Shown one piece after another: positions 51,401 to 64,000 of a stretch of 64,000 nucleotides of DNA (the first letter of the stretch is position 1; each line of letters begins with the position of its first letter). Origin of the DNA: Chlorokybus atmophyticus (lineage: Eukaryota > Plantae > Mesostigma and Chlorokybus algae); NCBI GenBank assembly GCA_009103225.1, contig RHPI01002823.1, forward strand, positions 617,229 through 681,228. Direction: 5' to 3'. A model generated the notes under the pieces. The model saw nothing but the letters and a program-made list of their open reading frames with translations, ran no database searches and was not told the DNA's origin. The position numbers and the translations under genes are program-made.

Positions 51401-52207
51401 GAGTACCGCTTGTCATCTGCAGACTGATGGTCAGACTGAACGCGCCAATCAAGTGATTGAAGGAACCATTCGGCATTATGTCAGTCCGAATCAGTCTGAT
51501 TGGGATATTTATCTTTCAATGGCTGAGTTCGCGATTAATAATGCATGGCAAGAGAGTGTGCAGGAAACTTCGTTTTTCTTGATTACGGAGTGCATCCACA
51601 AAATCCTGTGAGAATTAAGTTGCCGGCCAACGACTTGACTCGCATGCCTGCAGCGCACGAGATGGCTGCGGCCATGCAAGACAGGTTAGCTTTGGCAAAG
51701 AGCTGTCTGCGCGCAGCACAAGACAGACAGAAAGCCCAAGCTGATAAGCATCGTAAGCAGGCCGACTATGATGTGGGCAATTTGGTGCTTTTGAGCACCA
51801 AAAACATGTCCATCAAGGGCGTGGGTACCCGAAAGTTTTTCCCTCGCTGGATAGGCCCCTTCAAAGTGGTTGATCAGGTCGGCACTCACGCGTATCGATT
51901 GGAGTTACCACAATCCATACATATACATAACGTGTTTCATGTGAGTGTATTAAAACCGTATCGTCCAGACGGTCGGGTTCAACCTCCTCCACCCCCTGTC
52001 GCAGTGGATGGCGATGATACTTTTGAGTACAAGGTGAAAAAAATTCTGAGTCACCGTAAGCCCCGACGCGGACGCGCGCCGACTTACTTGGTGAAATGGA
52101 AAGGGTATGGTGTTGAACACAACACGTGGAAACCCAAAAGGAATCTTACCAACTGCCAGGAGATTCTTCGGGCGTACAGGAGTGATGTGTCCGCACGCGG
52201 ACGGTAA
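48445..52207 (+). pseudogene. pol of the chromovirus: extra domain, protease, RT, RNase H, integrase, chromodomain
   Basis: FLVDTGA (protease); LRMCVDYRAPN, LDLTSGYHQIR, PFGLTNAP, IYLDII (RT, one Asp lost); SDAPTLGCGAVL, EQELLGIV, VTDH (RNase H); CDKCQ, VSMDLITELP, QTDGQTERAN (integrase); YLVKWKGYGVEHNTW (chromodomain). Confidence 0.93.
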
Positions 52208-54099
52208 AAGGGTGCTGGCAGACATTTTTACCGCTTCGGCCCTGGTTCTTTTCTCACTCAGGTTTTCAGTGCTTACGGTGGGGCCTTGGTAACCCTTCAA
52301 TGAGGACATTGAAACCTAATTGGGGGGAATGAAACGGAGTGCTACCGCTATGCGGTTCCCCGCGCTTAATTTAATGAGAAACAAGGGTCCCAATGCAATA
52401 AATACAGCCATTAGAGTCGTAGTTGGGCCTTTATAAGCCCTAATAAGGTGTTATGTTATGTAACACCGATATCGACTTGAGACGTGAGTCTCAAGTCGAT
52501 ATCGGCCGCATGGCGGCGCTGCTAACGCAGCGACCGCCATAGCCAGGGAATCTTTCGATCCCCTAGCTGCCAGCGGCGGCGGCGACGCTGCTGTGGTGGT
52601 GGTGTTGGGGTAGGGGATTAAAGAGGGCGGTAGCACCCCCCTTCTGACATGATAGGTAACTTACATGTGCTTGTTAAGTAGGCATAGTCGACTGTTAAAG
52701 ACTGAATTGTAACGGGTAGGGTCTGATAGTAATGGAAATTATACACAGGTTTCCGTATCGAGATTTCAGATAGACTGATCCGCGTCAATAAACATGAGTA
52801 TCCTCAGGTGCACGGCCGTTGCTCATAATTAGTTAGACGGCAGGGAAAATATTTTGCCATGACTTTCACACAAAATTCGCTAGGTGCAAGTATAAAAGCT
52901 CCTTCAATCTTGTCACAAAGGTATGGTAAAGCTCACACATGTCAACACACACAAACACCACGCTCAGGTGAACATTCGCACGAAAATTGCACATGTACTC
53001 TTTTAAAGCCAGCGTGCGTGTATGTGTGTGCGCACGCATGTGTGCGTGCGCGCGCATGTGTACATGCAAGCACAGCATTTGCTTTAACTTAAGACATGCT
53101 GCTTCGAAGAATCAGTCAAATTCAACGGTGTCAACTATCCACTCATTCACGCCCGCAAGCATCTGTCATCTCCTGGTACGTACACTGCGTACGTTATGTG
53201 AGCTTTGTCATCGACTCCTTATTACGGCAAATGTACAAGAGTTGGTTACGAGCGCTATCATCGTACCTACCACCGCGCACAAGCACACACAACCGCACAT
53301 CACTACTCGCCATCGCCCCGCGCGTATTACATCAGCCCGCTGCTGTCAGAGTGACTGTCTCTTATGGCTCCGTCGGTACAAGCCTAATGTAAGCCACGTT
53401 TAACAACCTCTCAATAATTGCAATTATGACCTGTGGGTTAGCATGCGCAGATGTTGTAGCATACTCAACGTGCGAGGTGCAGTTTCAATTGTTGCGTCAA
53501 TAAACATAGGCATGGTTGCAACTGCTATGATTGGGTAAATGCGCGGATGTGTGCTACATCTTGTTGTGTCTTATTGTGAATTCGCCGTAATTGCAGCTTC
53601 CAAACATGTTTTGAAAGTTGAAGCCTTGCATTGCAGCCGCCAAAACATTCGTTGCAATAATTGCAGCTGACACAGCCTGCTGCCCTCGAACAACAATTTG
53701 CAGGCGCCAGCGTGTCACACATATTTCATGGGTTTCACGCCTATTCCAACCATTTAAGAAAAAAACCAAATGCAGCCGTCATATAGCAAACTGGCTCCAT
53801 GACCGGCTCGGATTCAAAACAAAAACGGTGAGCAACCAGTAGAGACGCAATCACTCCCAGAAGCCCCATAACTGTTGCTGCCTGTGCACGTTAGCACAAG
53901 CTCCATTTACGCACGCAGGGAGATGCAATGAGCATTAGCTATTGTGTGATCAAACACGTTATGCATCTCGTAGTCCACAAGTCAAAAGTCGTACAGTACT
54001 TGCAAGTAACATACTTGTAGACGAGGCGCGGTTTCGGGCCGTTTACAAGTGAGCCCACGAGCCGCCGATTATACCTTTGTCACCGATGATATCCACTTA

Positions 54100-54460
54100 C
54101 CGTATTGATCGAACAGAAGCCCCACGATTTTTCATAAAGTCCCCCTTTTTATTTGGGGGGCTTATATCGCGGGGGGTGGGGGGTGGGGGTCTGTCTTGTA
54201 TTTCACCAAAGGGGCCTCCAAATTGGCGCAAGTTACGTTGTCATTTTGTGCACGTCGTGTGCGTTAAGTGTAACTTGCACTTGACGCGCGTAACTCAAAA
54301 AACATAACAGTGTGACCTACGCGCGTCAGGCGTAAGACATGAGCAAAAATGAGCCCATTGAGTTAACCGGAGGCTTGTAACCGATCGGGGGGCTTATATG
54401 TGTTCATATACCCCACCACCCCTTTTTTTCAGGGGCTTGTATACTATGGGAGCTTCCGTT
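54100..54460. mobile_element. Possible pogo/mariner-like MITE remnant
   Basis: TA|CCGTATTGATCGAACAGAAGCCCC left end and internal GGGGCTTATAT motifs in the opposite orientation. The right end is not resolved. Confidence 0.3.
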
Positions 54461-55139
54461 GAGGTAGATATGTTATGCATGCAGTAATATGTGCACATAT
54501 TCACCGGGTTTTATTAATAATGCAACTCCTGTATGCTAGCAGTAGCCATACTAGGTCATCCCCCCTAGTTGACAGCAGCCAACTACAGTAGTTAGGTAAG
54601 ATGGGTGGCTCCGTGCTTTTTCTTGCCGTAAACATGGTCAATTACAACATAATTGTACTACATCGCCGAAACGCCGTTGATGCAGCACGCTGTCCTTCAA
54701 AGAACGGTTCCCGCGCTCCGTGCGGCCCTGTATTATTATTATATTTGTATACATAGTCGTCAAATGATTAGGCCATTTACTCATTCGGCGCAGGGCACCA
54801 TCTCGGACCCAGATTCTCGGTACCCACACGGCGTATCTCTACTTCCGAGGCGCCGCGTGCGTGCATCTGAGCTGTGAGAGCCGCGGCGATTGTTGAAACT
54901 GACGGGCTGGGTGGCGGCCCAGCGTCCGTCGATCAGAATCTATTCACTAAGAAGCATATATGAAGTATATATTGCTTCCACAGGCTCCAAGGCACATTTT
55001 GGGTGCGTACGAAGGCGACAGCTGAGCAAGGCTGACTGTGAGCAGGTCGCGGATGCATGCGTCAAATCACAAGCGGGCAATAGTTCGCAATCGAGGGGGG
55101 TGTTTGGCACAAGATTTACACATCCCGGAGGTGTTTGAT

Positions 55140-57560
55140 TCGGCGCCAATTGGTATGTGTTGTTTTACTAATTGTAATAGAGATTCTGGGAAGTGAAATA
55201 ACCATTTCTGAAGTAGTAGAACTTGTGTTCAAGCAATTGATGTGAGTAATTGTAATATTTAACATCTGTTTTACAAAAATGCGATATCTGTTGTAATCAA
55301 TGCTATAATGGGAAATTGCGTATGCGTGTCAATTGTATAATGTAAGCTAAGTATAACAAATTAACTCATATTAACCGATATTTATTTCGCAAGTATATCA
55401 TTTTATAACTTACATATTACAATTTTCCATACGCATACTCAATTTTACGATAAAGCAAAAAGTATAAGCTATTGTGTCATATACAAAAAAGCAGCTTACT
55501 GTTTGTGTAATTGATGCTTGTTTGCGCTCGCTCGATTTCACATTACAGTAATAAATATAAGTTACCACTACCCTTTTTGTCATATGTACAAAAGTAGCGT
55601 ACCGTATGTGTAATCAATAATTGTCCACAGTGATTACATGTTAATATTTGCGTGTATACTAATATTGAACATTGTAAAAGTAACAAATGTAATACAATGC
55701 ATGAATGTTATAAAAGTATGTATGAAATTAGTAAAGAGATGTATTATGTGAATTACAATTAATAATTCGATCCTATCAGCAAGAGATAAATACATACCCT
55801 TCTCACATTTTTTATACATATGTATTATCGTTGTATGTGTTGTGCATCGTTATCATTATGATTTGAGCGTTGCAATTATAGTTGCGATAATGATTGTAAT
55901 TCGTAATATGATTAATTTGCAGTAAAATGAATTTCGCATATGTTATTGTACGCTAAGTAATACTCGTCGTTAGATACTGATTCTTATGTTATAATGTAAT
56001 GGCGCATGTGAGCTGAATTATGTACGGCGTTGCATATAGATTTAATAGCTCGTAATACACACATATATACATATACATATATGTGTATATATACACACAT
56101 ACATATGAGTATATGCATATATATAATAATATATACATATATAATAGTATATATATATGTACATATATATATATATATGTACATATATATATATGCGTAC
56201 GCATGTATAATTGTATATATGTGTTTATATCCATATACATTTTAATATAATAATTTGATAAAAGTTCGTGTTTGAATACAGAATTTCGTTGTTGTATATT
56301 GTAAACAATGCCGTTTATTTATCTATAGTTTACGTGATATAATTAATGTAGTAATAATGTCATACTGCAGGTGCAACTTTTTAAAAGGTGATATTATCAC
56401 TATTATCAAAGCTTCAACGTTCACGATGTCCGGCTTGTCAGGTATGCATTTGATTGTATTATTATCGTTATGTTATGATGTACTACCAATACCCTTACAT
56501 ACATGAATGTGCGTACATAGACATTCTGTTAATTACGTTATACATATATTATGTGTATGTAGTGTTTTATAATTTTACAAATACATATCTATAAATATAT
56601 ATGTACATATATATGTCATAGATATATACATATGACATATATATTTATAGGTCATATATCTCTATATATAACATATGATATCTGATTATCTGATTTGAGT
56701 TTACATATGTTTTTAACATTTATTATAATCAAATGCATCTTATTCTGCTGCGTTGCATCGTATATTTGCATATGTTGAGCGTAATAACATAGATATGTTA
56801 TTTGGTCACATTTGCTTTGTTTACGCATTGCGCAACATGTTGTCGAATTACCAATTTAAAATACAACTACAACATGACACTATGTCAAGAAACTGCAATA
56901 TGTAATATGTATATGACAAGTATAATGTGCGATTATAAAACATATAGTTGATGCACGCTATTGCAACAACCATATTATCAGCAAATATTGTATTGATAGT
57001 CCTGTGCATATCAGGCTACGAAACGCATATAATGCATAATTATTGTACCACCTCTTTATCGTTATAATAGTATATATAATCATACAAGTATATATAACAA
57101 CCAATGCATTATCCTTAGCAGTTTATAGTTGATGTTAACAGTATTAAAGAGTTTAATACCAATAACAACCGTTATGTTTTTGAGGACACTTTTTAATATA
57201 TATATTATATTACAAAAGTTATTGCATAAAATGACTACAAACGGGGTTACATTATGCTTGGTTACGAACAATGTTAATCACATGTACAACCAATGTAATA
57301 TTATATTATATTATACTATTATGATCTAGTTAGTACACAAACACGCGAAAACTACTGAGAGGAATATATATGATACATTTGTGCAAAACATCGTAAGAGA
57401 GTTATATGCATTACGTAGGTAAATGCTTTCGTTGTAAATAATAACACATTTAATTGTTTAGTTGAATGTTTGTGGAATAATGGAACACATTATACCATGC
57501 TTATTATATATTCACTTGCGATAATGCAGTAACTTATATATCATCGTGCATACTAGACGT
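55140..57560. other. AT-rich tract with relict exon/intron structure (apparent transition-hypermutated genic DNA)
   Basis: GC is visibly far below the rest of the window. TA-rich runs have the period of host CA/GT intron repeats. Exon-like segments are bounded by AG/GT (55181-55242, 56371-56441, 57117-~57270). Confidence 0.55.
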
Positions 57561-57576
57561 AAATGGTTTTGCGTAG

Positions 57577-58978
57577 GCGCGACGTGGTCGGGGACTTTGT
57601 GGTCGACGCGCGGTGTGAAGATCTGTGATGTTGCTGCGCAAACACTTGGTTCGGTGGCATTGTAAGTACCAACTCTATGCAATTCTTGCTTACAAACCCT
57701 TTATTTTAATGCCACGCACACACATGCACACGCAATCGCACATGCGCGCATGCACACACATGCGCATGCATCAAAGTATCAACTTTGTGCATGCTTAGGC
57801 CGCCGCATCTCGTTCTCATGGATGAGATATACATTAACAACCCAGCGCTTGCGATTCTGCCAAGCACCTCACCGCCGCCGTTCACACTATGGTCGCACGA
57901 CAACGAACTCAGAAAGTATCTCGACTACTTGTTCGGCATCCGCTTGAATGCGGAAACCAGGCCGAAGAGGGTAAGCTCCACAGCTGCACTTGCCTCAAGT
58001 GATACGAGCAATCGTTGATGTTATCACTCAGTCATGCACATGCACGCACACTACACACCCACGCACACATGCAGAGCCCCACCCCCCCCCCCCNNNNNNN
58101 NNNNNNNNNNNNNNNNNNNNNNNNNNNNNNNNNNNNNNNNNNNNNNNNNNNNNNNNNNNNNNNNNNNNNNNNNNNNNNNNNNNNNNNNNNNNNNNNNNNN
58201 NNNNNNNNNNNNNNNNNNNNNNNNNNNNNNNNNNNNNNNNNNCCTCCAGTCACGCACGCACGCACGCATCATGCACAAGCACATCAGCACGCACGCTGTC
58301 TCACATGTGCTTGCGCTGACATGACATGTCAACAGTGCGGTCTTGTGCGCGTGAACGGTCGTCGTCTGTTCATCTGGCCCCCCCAGCGCGAGGGCGACAC
58401 CTCCACCGTCGTGTACTGGCGCGAAGACCCAACTGCCATGGCACCACCGGTACCCATACCAGGTAAGGCAAACAGTCACGCACGCAGGCCCGCGCACAGA
58501 CAGAGTGTGCTTGTGTGCGCGTACGCCAGTGTATCTGTGCCTGTGCATATGCTTGCGTGTGCGCATGTATGTGCGTGCCTGCAGTTAAGCGTGTGCGCGT
58601 GCGCGCGTGTGTACGCCCCAACGCAGCAGGTTGTGTCTGCACACACGTGGTGCGCACGCGCCCGTGCATGCACGCGCACATCTGCACGCGTGTGCATGCG
58701 TACCTGTACTGTGTCACACACACTCACGCCCACCCTCTCCTCCTCCTCCTCTCTCAGGCCAGATGCCAGTTCCCCTCCCCGTCCCCGTCCCCGTCCCGCC
58801 CGCCCAGCCGACGGCGGCGTCGATGCACCCTTCCCTCCTGAGCACGAACGCGCAGCAGCACTCCAACTGGGTGTTTGGCGGGATCGCGGAGCTGGTCGAC
58901 AACGCCAGGGACGCGGGGGCAACAAGGTGAGAGAAGAGGAGTGGAAGTGGATGTGCCACACACATACCCCATTCCACA

Positions 58979-59013
<35 letters not shown>

Positions 59014-62000
59014 GTGCGCGTGTTTGCATGTGTCTGTCCACACGTGTACAGATGCACACATGTGTGAGGCACGCACGCACGCACTGTGTACGTGCCACAG
59101 GCACACGCGTGCAACTCACACGAGACGTCTGTGTTGCACGTGTATGCATGTGGCAAATCTCCACATAAAACATACACGTGCCTGTATGTTTGTGTGTGCA
59201 CACGTGTTACGCTCATCCACACGAGAACACACACATACCCTCACACGCAGGCGTGCACGGATTATGCTTGCTTGCGCGTGCATTGATTTCTGCCTGTGCA
59301 TGCGCGTTGCGGTTGCGAGCAAGCATTCTCTGCTTGTGTTTCACACTGGCATTGACTCCCTTGGTTAGTTTGTGTTCGATGCCTATCAGTTCCAGTAGTG
59401 CATCAAGTTCATACAAACTGCTCACAGCCATAGAGACTCTATACCAACTGGACACATGCAGCTGGAGCTAACTCAATGAACCACCACTCTCACACACGTA
59501 TTTCGATCATCAGTCCTTGGTCACATGTCGTAGAGCACGTACGTCAGTCAATGCCTGGTTGGGGGTCACAAAACGCACACACATGTCCGATCGACCAGTC
59601 TCTCACACGCGTGCGCCCACACACGCAGGCTGAGTGTTGTTGCTGCGGACGAGCTGGGCATCCCCGCGCTGTGCCTCGACGACAACGGCGGCGGGATGGA
59701 CCACGCCGGCTTCCTGCGCATGTTCCAGATTGGACACGAACTCGACACGCGCACGGTAACAAACAAACAACATGCTCACCTTTGTGTGCACCATCTGTTT
59801 AGCCAACAGCCTCAGCATCAGCATTAGCACTAGCATAGTCAACAACAACAACAACTGTATCAACCACAGTGTGAGTAACAAGTACAGTAGCAGCAACAGA
59901 AAACAGCAGCGACAACAACATTTTCATCATCACCAGGATGTTGGTGAGAGGGACCTTAAGATTGGTCGTTATGGTGTTGGTTTCAAGACAGGCACGATGC
60001 GCGTTGGCAACGACTGCGTCGTGTTCACAAAGAAGCAAAACACGTGCAGCGTCGGCATGCTGTCGCAGACATATAACAACACGCTCACGGTGAGTGGTAG
60101 TAACAGTTGTTGTTGTGGTTGTGGGGATGTGAGTGAGAGTGGTGATGTGTTGTTGCCAGTCGATGAGGACGCCGATCGTGACGTACAAGCTGCCGTCGAT
60201 GGAGATCGATGAGAGCAAGCACACGATGGCGGAAGCAGAAGCCAACATGAAGGTCATACAGGCCTACTCGCCATTCAACGAACGCAAATGGTAGTGTGGG
60301 CACCTGGTGTTGCTGCTGGTGCTGCTGTTGTGGGTGTGCGCACGCGCGCATGTGTGCACGTGTGTGCGACTGGTAATGTGATACTCTGTGGTTGTGAGTG
60401 TCTGTGCGCACACAAATGTATGCTGTTGTTGTTGTGATTTCCCAACCATGAGCAGCTGATAATGTATCTATGTATACATCGCAGCGGCGCTGAGCTCGAG
60501 AAGATCAAGAAGACAGGCACCCGCGTGTGGATATACAACCTGCGCAAGCAGAAGTCTCCCGCCGGGTGCGCACCCTTGACCACACTGCATCACTCCCACC
60601 CACCCACCCACCCACCAACACACACATGCACACATCCTAACAAGTCCACCCCACTCTCACCCCAGTCACGAGGAGTTCGAGCTCAAGTGGCACGCCGTCC
60701 CCGAGGAGGCTCCCGACCAGGGTCTGGACCCCAGCGAGGCCGACGTGTACACGGCGCCAAGGGCAAGGAGACGACCGGGACAGATGGCAGAAGAGGTAGG
60801 AGAGGGACGTGTGGGCGTGTGGGTGAGTCGTACCTGACACTGTATGTGGTGGTGTGACCAGGTGAAGATCGACTACTCGTTCAGGGCGTATCTGGAAGTG
60901 CTGTTCAAGAGGCCGCGCATGAAGATGTTTGTGCAGCGCACGCTGGTGAGGGCCGAGTTGTTGTCATCTGCTGCTGCTGCTGTTGTTGTTGTTGTGAGGC
61001 AGTCGAGTGACGGTGTGTGTCGCGTGTAGGTGAGGCCTCGGAGGCTTGAGAAGGAGATGAAGGACAGGGTGTTGAGGTACTATGGCGGCAACGGCCAGTC
61101 GGCACCCGAAGGCCAGGAGGTGAGTGCGTAATAAATCGATCACATCTGTTTCGTCAGGGGGTACTCACTTTCACTGTCGTGTCATTGCCCGCTACGCAGC
61201 AAAATGCACCGTGCTTGACTATCGGCTACAGCGAGCGCGAGAAGCAGGAGGAGAACTGCGGTGAGTACACGTGTGCATGCGCGTACTGTTGGGTGATGCA
61301 TGTGTGGTTAGTGCGTTGACATGCGCGTGCGTGCGTGTTTGTGTGTGTATGTGTGGCTGTGTGGCTGTGTACGTGCCCGCGTCCGTGCCCGCGTGCGTGC
61401 AAGTCTGCGCATGCAAGAAGATGCTGTTGCGCATGTTGGGTGTTCGTGCATCTGTGGGGGTGTGCGTTCATGCATGTGTACATGCGCGCGCGCTCGCGTG
61501 TGTGGGGGGTTGCATGATTGGTCTGTGCAAAGCATGAGTGAGCGCATGCATGCGGACATGTCTGCGCATGGGTGTGCACAATGGTCAGGTTGTACACAGA
61601 TTGCATAACATATGCACGCGTGCAGGTGTGATGCTGTACTGGCGCGGGCGGCTGATCGACGCCTTCATGCGCGTGGGCACGATGCAGAACAACGAGCGCG
61701 CTCTCGGCGTCATTGGCATCTTTGATGGCAGCAACATCCTGGTAAGCACGCGCCACACCGCAGCAACTAATACTGTGTCACTCTCTCACTCACCTCAACA
61801 TGAAAGAAGTGATCAACCGCGTCCGGACTAGTGCTTTCATGCAGTGTGGTCGACTCCACTTTGTTGTTCACGATCAACGATTGCTCCATCGACGACGCTA
61901 TCTGTTGTTGTGTTGTGCAGACGCCGCTGAACAACAAGCAGAAGTTCGAGGAGGACACCCCTGAGTTCATGGCGCTCGAACGCTGGCTGGCCAGGATGAT

Positions 62001-63568
62001 GGACGCATACGTCGACAACAAATACGACAACGTCCAGGTAAGGAGGTTGGTAATAATCATGCTCGCAAATCACTGTGGCGCACACACACGCACACGCTCA
62101 CACACACATCTGTCTCTTTCTGCTTTCAGCTTGGGGACTTGACACTAAGAGGTCGTCAGCTCCTTCTCCCCGCAGAGGAGTGGGTTCAGTGCGACAAATG
62201 CGGCAAGTGGCGCAAGCTGTCGGTGCCGCTCACCAAAGAAGAGAAGTGCAAGAAATGGTACAGTACCCCCGTGCGATTGATGTTATATTGCCAGCCAGTA
62301 GTAGTTGCCACGTAGTCGTCATTGTGCTACTCGTTGTTGTGGCTGATGTTACACTGTTACTACCAACACTACAATCAAGCAACCAGTACTGCCAGTAGCA
62401 CTTACTGAATACTGGCCAAGTACTGTACTGGCCAGTGGACAATAGCACTGCCAGTACAGCTGCCATGGCAGTGGCAGTGACGGTGTTGCCATCACTACCA
62501 GTACTCATCAATCTCACTGATACCACTAAGTGACTTGATTTGATAGTACCTTCACAAGTACCTTGATTGATACACATACCCACAACTCACCGAACCCCAC
62601 TCAGGTTCTGCCAGCGTAATCCGGACAAGCGCTTCGCCTCTTGCGAGGCTCCGGAGGAGGAGGAGGACTCCGACATCTTCGTCACCAATGTCCAGCGCGA
62701 CACAAACACCGGTACTGATGTTGTTGTCGTCTCTTTGTCGTTATTGTTTATTGTTGTTGTGACACGTGTCGTGTGCTCGCAGTTCCCAACACGCCGACAA
62801 CGCCGGCAACGGCTCAGCCCCGCGGCGTGCTGAACCTGCCCGTGGTGAGCCGCACAGGATCAGGTGAGAGCAGCATGTTGTTGTGTGTGTGCGTGCAGTG
62901 CAGTGTAGTGTAGTGTAGTGTAGTGTAGTGTAGTGAAAGGAGTGTTGCAGAGGACTTGACAGTGTGCGTGTGCGTGTGTGTTTTGGTTGTTATAGGGGGA
63001 TTGAGCAGCGGGGCTGTGGCGGCAGCAACAGCAGCAGTGGCTTCGACCTCAACTGCAAAGACAACCACAACGACCACAACGACAACAACAGTAGCAGCAG
63101 TAGCAGCAACAGCGGCAGCGACAGCAATGGCAATGAACACAACTGTGACGCTACCGGTGGCAAACAACAAAGGCAAAGCTACCAGTAAGACTAGTGTTGT
63201 TACGCAGTTTGTGACTGAGCGAGTCATGAGAATTGTGGTGATTATACCAACGCTCTCTGTGTGTGGGTGTGTCAGGCGGTATACTGCGCAAAGAGGGAAA
63301 AAGCGCTGGCGCTACCAAAGAGACAGCCAGGAAGAAGCGAGCGCGCTTCGACAACGACAAGAACAATAAAAACAACAACAACACGGCAAGTGAGGGCGAC
63401 CCGACCAGCCCGCCAGGTGAGGGTGGTAGAATGTGGCTGTGTGTTGTGGTCGTAACAGTTGTAATACGTATTGGTTTCTGCTTTTGATCCTGCTTTATAG
63501 GCTTGTCCAAAGGCGAGACGTCCAACAAGAACAGCGTGCGGGTCAAGCGCGAGCCGCCGGAGTGGTGA
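57577..63568 (+). CDS. MORC: MORC-family GHKL ATPase with CW-type zinc finger and probable N-terminal SPOC domain; 5' end lies further upstream
   Basis: HSNWVFGGIAELVDNARDAGA, LDDNGGGMD, IGRYGVGFKTGTMRVG, VFTKK, GTRVWIYNL, DYSFRAYLEVLF, GVMLYWRGRLI, NNKQKFE (GHKL plus S5); EWVQCDKCGKWRKL...FCQRNPD...CEAPEE (CW). Exon 57577-57661 begins with a phase-1 acceptor. Confidence 0.9.
58094..58242. other. Assembly gap (N run) inside a MORC intron
   Basis: Run of N preceded by poly-C. Confidence 0.98.
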
Positions 63569-63944
63569 CTGAAAGCCGAGAGTGCTGTGACGTTACAACT
63601 ACTACTGTTTTGCTGTGATGTGACAGTCTGCTGAGAGGCGAACAAGTGTTGGTACAGTTGTTGTCCAGTTACTTCATGTGTTTGTGCAGTGGTATATCAG
63701 TGCATGTGACGGTTATCTTCAAGTGCGTGACAGTAGTCTTCAAGTGTGTATGTTGCACACATGCCGGTGACTATGTTGTGTGCGGGCAGTGTACTTGTGT
63801 GGGACTGGACATGCTGTTGTGACTGCACGAGACTAGGTGATTAGATCTTGTTGTTTGCGCAGTGCCTGCAGAGGCCGGTAAGCGTTGACCTTCTGCATCG
63901 CTGTGCCATTGACGATAATGCATTACAAACATTATGGGGTCCAA

Positions 63945-63947
<3 letters not shown>

Positions 63948-64000
<53 letters not shown>
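63948..64000. repeat. (CT)n microsatellite
   Basis: Pure CT run to the end of the window. Confidence 0.97.

Larger units (their letters stand above)
45241..52649 (+). mobile_element. Full-length, decayed Ty3/gypsy chromovirus LTR retrotransposon
   Basis: LTRs 45241-45562 and 52330-52649 (TG...CA, visibly diverged); 5-bp TSD TGATA; PBS TGGTATCGGAGC (45565-45576, iMet-type); PPT GGGGGGAA before the 3' LTR; gag-PR-RT-RH-INT-chromodomain order. Confidence 0.95.

Noticed and set aside
57611-57620. CGGTGTG as a right-hand CACAC terminus of a giant element
   Set aside because: It lies inside the in-frame MORC exon 57577-57661, and no left partner with an AAG TSD was found.

Overview
Eukaryotic DNA, most likely a chlorophyte green alga (inferred from GC-rich exons, CA/GT-microsatellite-rich introns and a plastid-type N-terminal extension on citramalate synthase; the species cannot be determined). 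Host genes: a BRO1-domain protein (200-2819 +), citramalate synthase CimA (6839-10341 +), WDR83/MORG1 (11831-14928 +), exocyst SEC8 (15945-23168 -) and a MORC ATPase with a CW finger and a probable N-terminal SPOC domain (57577-63568 +). About 25.4-57.6 kb is a nest of mobile DNA. It contains a decayed Plavaka/EnSpm(CMC)-type transposase (+) facing a block of decayed minus-strand genes: a Tudor domain fused to a phage-type C5 DNA methyltransferase, plus RING, OTU and Zn-finger remnants. Two related CACAC-ended non-autonomous elements (3-bp TSDs, each carrying a tRNA-like segment and a nested Tc1/mariner MITE) interrupt these genes; one splits the methyltransferase exactly in catalytic motif IV. 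The nest also holds a full-length decayed chromovirus with a nested antisense TRIM and a possible Dam-like domain, and a ~2.4 kb AT-rich tract that looks like host-style genic DNA after heavy C>T/G>A mutation. All calls come from manual reading and translation; no database searches or statistics were run.
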